Virus record (IMG/VR): IMGVR_UViG_3300014050_000018
Span: 56,923-76,922 of that record
Strand: one strand, 5' to 3'
DNA length: 20,000 bases
DNA from: an uncultured virus (IMG/VR IMGVR_UViG_3300014050_000018)
Lineage: Duplodnaviria > Heunggongvirae > Uroviricota > Caudoviricetes
The notes under the pieces were generated by a model, which was not told the DNA's origin, did no database searches, and was given only the letters and a program-made list of their open reading frames with translations. Positions 15,067 through 20,000 of the stretch are shown piece after piece; the first letter of the stretch is position 1; every line of letters begins with the position of its first letter. The position numbers and the translations under genes are program-made.

Positions 15067-18000
15067 TACTGTTCCTTATAGTTGAGCGTTACGGACATTG
15101 TTCCATTGACTCCCGCGGATAGGTTCCTGGCGATCATAAAGAGCGCTTTATTACTCCAGAAGCTGGGTCCCACGGACTCGGTGTTGATATTGAAGATATC
15201 GGAGAGGTCAATTTCCGTCGGCTTATTTGCTGACACAAAGAACGACGCTATAGGATCTCCTGATTCTTTAAACTCCAACCAGCGGATCGGATAATCCCCG
15301 ACTCCGGAGAACCCGGCGCCAGAGAGGATGTTATTGCTGATGAAGCTAGGGCACTTCTTCCTGCGATCGAGGCCTGTGGACCCACTTACATCGTAGTAGG
15401 AGTACTCCGCCGGAGTTAGAGTTCCGGGGTGGCTGTAGGCGATCATGGACTTCTTCGCGGAGTTGGTGTCGTCCGAGGACCCCCCGTCGTGAAGGTCGGG
15501 CTGTCCGTTTGTGTTGTTAACGCTTAGCGTGCACCCGTGCGGAGTGAACGGGGTCTGGATCACGCCGTTGGGAGTAACCTGGCCCACGGTCATGCCTCCG
15601 ATCTTCGCTCCCTCCCTCATCCTCACAAAGAATCTGATCGGGAAGAGGTTCTGGCCGACGATTTTCTGGGTTAGAAGACGGGCGTCAGGGCGAAGTAGGT
15701 CGGGGATGTAGAGGGCGATCGCTCGGTACTTGGCGGTTATCTGCGTATCGTTGCTAAAAGCCGAACCACTGATAACAACAACTGGGAGAAGGAAGAGGCG
15801 AACGCTGGTTCCGGCGGGGGTGTAGGACTGCTGGGCGGTGCCGGCGGTAGTTCTTACTGTGATGCTCGCGCCGTCGGAGTCCCTCTCCACAAAAATCGTG
15901 TTGGAGGCCGCCCAGAGATCCTGGGGCCATGGGGACGTTTTTGAGAGGTAGTAAACCCCGGCCGCTAAGGCTCCATCAACTCCAACAGCGGTGAAAGTGG
16001 ACAGCTCCTTAATCTCCCCGGCTTTGCCGTAGAAAGCGTGGCAGCTTCCACCTTCAGTCCCAGGAACTCCTGGAAGCTGATCGTCGATGATTCCCACGGA
16101 ATCGAACAGTCCTTCTCCGAGTTCAAGTCCGCCATCTCCGACGTTGAGCCAAGCGGACTGATTAACCGCGAGGACATTGTCCTTAACCGCGTCGGAATCG
16201 AGGTTGATGGGTAGGCCCTCGTAGTAGCGGTAGCTGGAGCTGTTAGGCACCGTTTTGTCTACTACGTAGTAATTTCCGGAATCCTCAAGGATTCTGACAT
16301 CAAAACTGTCGGAGCTCAGGCCGGCTCTGTCGGAAGCGTCTTTGGGATTGATGATGCCAAAGTTAGAACCAACTCTGCCCCTAGAGACTATGGAGTTGGG
16401 ATAGGTGTAGGAGGCTGGATTTTCCTGGGGCCAGACAATGCCGATCTGCATCTCGCCGAAGTGATTGCCATCGCAGCCGAAGTCGGCGTTGGATACACCG
16501 CATGTAAGCGAGTAGGAGTCAGTTGACTGCGGAGTGATCCTATTGAAAAGCAGGTAGAACTCGTCGGTCGTGATATCCACTGTCGACAACAGAGTCGTAT
16601 CCCGGCGATATCGCGACAGCTTCAAGGAGACGTTCTCATTAAACCTGAATAGAAGCTCGGCGCTGGACCATGGGCGATTCTTACTCTGACCGATATACGA
16701 TCCCGAACCGATATCGCGTTGGAGAATGATCTCCGGGCCACTAATACCGCTGGGGGAGCCCGAGTGCTCCTGAGTCGGATTAACGTAGCTTACGTAAACT
16801 CTGTCACCGACGAGGTGCGATCCCATCAGAGAGTTGCGATACGCTCCCCAGCCAATAAACGACCCGCCACTTCTGAGGTTATCGGAGGCGGATGGGAAGG
16901 CCGTGTCGGGTCCCACGTAGGTTAGCGTAGGCACCGGGGAGTCCTTATCCCGCCCAAGGGCCACAAGTGTCGACTCGTTTTTCTGCAGTCTGTTGATGCT
17001 GAACACGCCCCTCAGCCTTTGCTCTTCCGGAAGGACGCATGTGTAACCTTCCTGGAAGGTGTAAGCGTTCTCCCTGCATCCGTACTGATTGACGAACTTC
17101 ACCTCGACGTCAGTGGTAGAAGTTACTGACATCGACACTGGAAACACCTCCTTCTTATTCGGAAAAGAGCTCCCCTCAGTGTTCACAATGTACTGCTTGG
17201 GTTTTAGTCCGAGAACGCTGGACCAGTCATAGATGGGAACGTCGACCGAATCCGACGAGATAGCTGGAATGGAGCGGTTGGTAGCCTTGCCACTAGAAAG
17301 GGCTATCGTACCCTCATCTCCTCCGTCGATGTAGTACGAAGCTCCGTACTTCTCCACGAATTGAGGTAGGCGAATGCGGCTTGGGCTGTCCACGTACGCT
17401 CTGTACTTAAAGAAGAAGAATGGGTCCTCAAGGCAGGGCTGACCGAGCTGGTTCTCGATAACGAGAGTGTGCACCGTAACCCATCTCGATCCACCGTTGC
17501 CGGTAGGGATGTACATGTAGAACCTAGCTCCGATGGCACCGTACCATCCGAACTCGATCTTGTACATGGTAACCGTGTCGGGGTTGAAGATATAACCGCT
17601 CTCTCCCTGACCGTTGAGCCCATCACCATTCATCTGGTTCTGCTGGATCGCCGTCTCGTAGACCTTAGTGACTCTGCCAGCGCGAACCCCTTCCTCCAGC
17701 TGCAGCACTTCGGAGTCGGAGAGAAGGTCCTTGTACTTAACAACTCCAGTCAACTGGGAGATGTAGGCCTCGCGCTCCCGATACTGGGCCTCAATAAAGA
17801 GGTCGGTCTGCCCCAGGGGCACGGTGGATCTTCTTACGACAGAGAAGTCAGTTCCGTCCTGTAGTCTGAAGAAGTAGCCGTCGGTGTAGTTTTCAACGCC
17901 CCACTCCAGAAGCGAGCCAGGGCCAGCCCCTTCCTCGGAGATTCGCACACCGTAAGTAAATCCGCTTATCCGACCCGGCTGGTAGCGAAAGGCTCTGATG

Positions 18001-19292
18001 GAGGTTAGCGTGATGACCGCGTAGTTGGACTCTCTACCACCAATAAGGTTGCCATCGGCCAGTGGGTTGGAGATCTGCGGAACGGTTACGTCAGAGAAGC
18101 TCTGCGGCCAGCTCTGGCCGAAGATCAGCGACTGAGCCGGAGTGAGCGACGTGATCAGGAAGTAGGGAAGCTTGTAGTCAATAACGTACTGAGGAACCTG
18201 GCTCTGAGACGCGTATACCTGAAACTCCCAGTTCTTAAGATCTGTGGGAAGCGAGTCGTAATCTATTCCCCAGTACTCCGACCATACGTCGGGGTTGGAG
18301 TTTGTGGCGATTCTGTAGTGGCCCTGATCGGGCTCCCTCCAGGTATACCGAGTTGTAGCAAAGAAGAACTTATTGAAGTTTACGCTAACGCTCGCCTCCT
18401 CGGCTGGAAGGTTGGCGCTGAACAGCGATACCAGATTAATGGTGTCTTCGCCGGTTGCTGGGGCAAAATTAACCAATGTGCCCTGGGGGATAATGGGAAT
18501 ATTTCCGGCAGACTCAAAACGACCTTGATTGATATCCAGCCAGATCTGATCCCAGTAGAGCCGGTTGAATTTCCCGTCGGGGGTCTTAGGATACTTCTTC
18601 TCAAGGAAGTTCAACCTGAAAGCGTTTTTCTGCTCCTGAGAAAAGTTGTTTACCATGTACTCGACAATGTACATGGCAACTAGGGACTGGATGTACCGTC
18701 CCCATCCGGGTCCAGGATTGTCCACAACTCCTCTTATTTTGTTATAGACAGGAGGGTTACCAGGATCTGTGTAGGGCGCTGGATAGGAGTCGAGTACAAT
18801 AGACGATCCCTCGGAATAATCACGGTCTCTAACAGCGATGTGTGGTCCGGCGGGAGAGTTTTTGCTGTCCCAGTAGTCACTTTGTCTCCACTCAGTCCAA
18901 CTGGAGTAAACCACCCAGTCCTTTCTATCAAGGCCGTAGGAGCTTACGTCGTCGAAAAGTCCCTGCTGAGTCTCACCTCGATCGATGCCAAGCAACGAGC
19001 GGCTAACAGCGCTCTGCTCGGCGAACTGCTCGATAACAGGAAGGGCCGCTGGGCGACCCTTGCTGTAGATGTTGCGAGTGGAAAGGCCATCTGTCCGATA
19101 TGAATCCGAATCGGCCACCACGGCCACTGATCCCTTGGAAAGGTAGTCGGGTGGGTAGTATACGTCCTTCTTAGAGATCAGCGTGTTGCCTTCGTCGGAG
19201 AAGAGCGAGCTTCCCCGATAGCTGATCATCTGTAACTCTTTTTCGTAAGTCCTAACACCCGTCTTCTGGGCTTTAATGCGGTACTGAGCCAT
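15066..19292 (-). CDS. Large virion structural protein (1408 aa), cyanophage-type
   Basis: Long ORF containing AFRYQPGRISG...WGVENYTDGYFF...MNGDGLNGQGESGY...MYKIEFGWYGAIGARF, a motif set I recognise from phage virion beta-sandwich proteins. N-terminal EQFAEQSAVSRSLLGIDRGETQQGLF. Tightly packed with its neighbours. Confidence 0.7.
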   Translation of the reverse strand: MAQYRIKAQKTGVRTYEKELQMISYRGSSLFSDEGNTLISKKDVYYPPDYLSKGSVAVVADSDSYRTDGLSTRNIYSKGRPAALPVIEQFAEQSAVSRSLLGIDRGETQQGLFDDVSSYGLDRKDWVVYSSWTEWRQSDYWDSKNSPAGPHIAVRDRDYSEGSSIVLDSYPAPYTDPGNPPVYNKIRGVVDNPGPGWGRYIQSLVAMYIVEYMVNNFSQEQKNAFRLNFLEKKYPKTPDGKFNRLYWDQIWLDINQGRFESAGNIPIIPQGTLVNFAPATGEDTINLVSLFSANLPAEEASVSVNFNKFFFATTRYTWREPDQGHYRIATNSNPDVWSEYWGIDYDSLPTDLKNWEFQVYASQSQVPQYVIDYKLPYFLITSLTPAQSLIFGQSWPQSFSDVTVPQISNPLADGNLIGGRESNYAVITLTSIRAFRYQPGRISGFTYGVRISEEGAGPGSLLEWGVENYTDGYFFRLQDGTDFSVVRRSTVPLGQTDLFIEAQYREREAYISQLTGVVKYKDLLSDSEVLQLEEGVRAGRVTKVYETAIQQNQMNGDGLNGQGESGYIFNPDTVTMYKIEFGWYGAIGARFYMYIPTGNGGSRWVTVHTLVIENQLGQPCLEDPFFFFKYRAYVDSPSRIRLPQFVEKYGASYYIDGGDEGTIALSSGKATNRSIPAISSDSVDVPIYDWSSVLGLKPKQYIVNTEGSSFPNKKEVFPVSMSVTSTTDVEVKFVNQYGCRENAYTFQEGYTCVLPEEQRLRGVFSINRLQKNESTLVALGRDKDSPVPTLTYVGPDTAFPSASDNLRSGGSFIGWGAYRNSLMGSHLVGDRVYVSYVNPTQEHSGSPSGISGPEIILQRDIGSGSYIGQSKNRPWSSAELLFRFNENVSLKLSRYRRDTTLLSTVDITTDEFYLLFNRITPQSTDSYSLTCGVSNADFGCDGNHFGEMQIGIVWPQENPASYTYPNSIVSRGRVGSNFGIINPKDASDRAGLSSDSFDVRILEDSGNYYVVDKTVPNSSSYRYYEGLPINLDSDAVKDNVLAVNQSAWLNVGDGGLELGEGLFDSVGIIDDQLPGVPGTEGGSCHAFYGKAGEIKELSTFTAVGVDGALAAGVYYLSKTSPWPQDLWAASNTIFVERDSDGASITVRTTAGTAQQSYTPAGTSVRLFLLPVVVISGSAFSNDTQITAKYRAIALYIPDLLRPDARLLTQKIVGQNLFPIRFFVRMREGAKIGGMTVGQVTPNGVIQTPFTPHGCTLSVNNTNGQPDLHDGGSSDDTNSAKKSMIAYSHPGTLTPAEYSYYDVSGSTGLDRRKKCPSFISNNILSGAGFSGVGDYPIRWLEFKESGDPIASFFVSANKPTEIDLSDIFNINTESVGPSFWSNKALFMIARNLSAGVNGTMSVTLNYKEQ

Positions 19293-19298
19293 GAGGAA

Positions 19299-20000
19299 TC
19301 ACTGCTCCTCCCAGGTCAGGGCGTTGTTGACTTTGAACGGAGCGGAGCCGGGAGTCCCGGAGCCTAGGGCCTGGGCGGAAATGTCGTAATGACCCTGGAG
19401 GTTGATGATGTCCACCTCGTCTGTGAGAGGGAACGACAGGTATTCCTTATTGTACGCAAAGTAGTCCTGGAGGTCGAACTGATAACCACCGGCGTTGGCG
19501 TAGTAGGATAGGATCTCGTTGCCGGTATCGGCGATTGGTGTGAGGCTAAGGTCCTGGGCAATCTGCACTCCGGAAAGGCGGGGGATGTCCTCCCAAGTGG
19601 CCACGCCGTCGGTCTGGAGGCGATTCCACTTTGTCTGGTCGGTGGAGGCTGAGGAGCCAAGAACTCCGCTGCCACTGCTCAGGACAAACTCCGAGAACAC
19701 TCCGGCCGAGCTTAGCGTAAGGTGACGCTCGGGGATGAAGAGTCCGACGATGTAGATGTCCTCTGGGTAGGAGAAGGCTTTCTCGAAGAAGTAGCCTGTG
19801 GAAGTTCTGAAGAGCTTACCCAGGATCGGTGTGTAAGCGGAAGGTGATGTGGTGCCGACCGTCCAGCCGGTAGACGCCGTGGACTGAGAAGTTGTGCCTA
19901 GGAAGTAGCCGTAACGGTACTTGCCGATATCGATCGCGGGTGGAGTGGCGAAGCCCACCTGCACCGGAAGAGTCGAGTTCTTAGTATTAACGTACTGGTT
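19299..20000 (-). CDS. C-terminal part of a virion structural protein, paralogous to the 1408-aa protein; start lies outside the window
   Basis: The frame stays open from 20000 (NQYVNTKNSTLPVQVG...), so the GTG at 19964 is probably not the true start. The C-terminus FDLQDYFAYNKEYLS...VNNALTWEEQ parallels IDLSDIFNINTESVG...MSVTLNYKEQ. Confidence 0.75.
   Translation of the reverse strand, partial: NQYVNTKNSTLPVQVGFATPPAIDIGKYRYGYFLGTTSQSTASTGWTVGTTSPSAYTPILGKLFRTSTGYFFEKAFSYPEDIYIVGLFIPERHLTLSSAGVFSEFVLSSGSGVLGSSASTDQTKWNRLQTDGVATWEDIPRLSGVQIAQDLSLTPIADTGNEILSYYANAGGYQFDLQDYFAYNKEYLSFPLTDEVDIINLQGHYDISAQALGSGTPGSAPFKVNNALTWEEQ

Noticed and set aside
9300..19725. Numerous 60-130-aa ORFs overlapping the large minus-strand genes
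   Set aside because: Expected shadows of long GC-rich coding sequence; none shows a recognisable motif.
19962..19964. GTG start of the 221-aa ORF in the track
   Set aside because: The frame remains open to the window edge, so the gene is most likely 5'-truncated here.
5690..20000. Diversity-generating retroelement or invertible fibre cassette
   Set aside because: No reverse transcriptase, recombinase, near-identical template/variable repeat pair or flanking inverted repeats were seen. Similarities among these genes are at the distant protein level only.

Overview
A densely coding, moderately GC-rich (roughly 55% by eye) segment of a large tailed phage genome. It is probably a contractile-tailed, cyanophage-like virus; that host and taxon call is inference only. 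The window is mostly a virion/tail module. The ORF track misses a >=962-codon minus-strand gene (2886..<1) that runs off the left edge. Hand translation shows a baseplate-hub-like protein carrying three cell-wall modules in series: a catalytically dead LytM/M23 domain, an intact Amidase_3 domain and a circularly permuted M23 peptidase. Next come a 243-aa structural-type protein, a thymidylate/dNMP-kinase-like gene with a near-consensus sigma70 promoter, a small fibre-like protein and phoH. Five large fibre/appendage-type proteins follow: PA14-like, FCCH-like repeats, leucine-rich repeat, and two paralogues with a shared C-terminus. Three of these share an N-terminal motif. The octamer GTTTAAAG recurs in sense orientation at four gene junctions and is a candidate late promoter. 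No tRNA, rRNA, CRISPR array, integrase, transposase or reverse transcriptase was seen.
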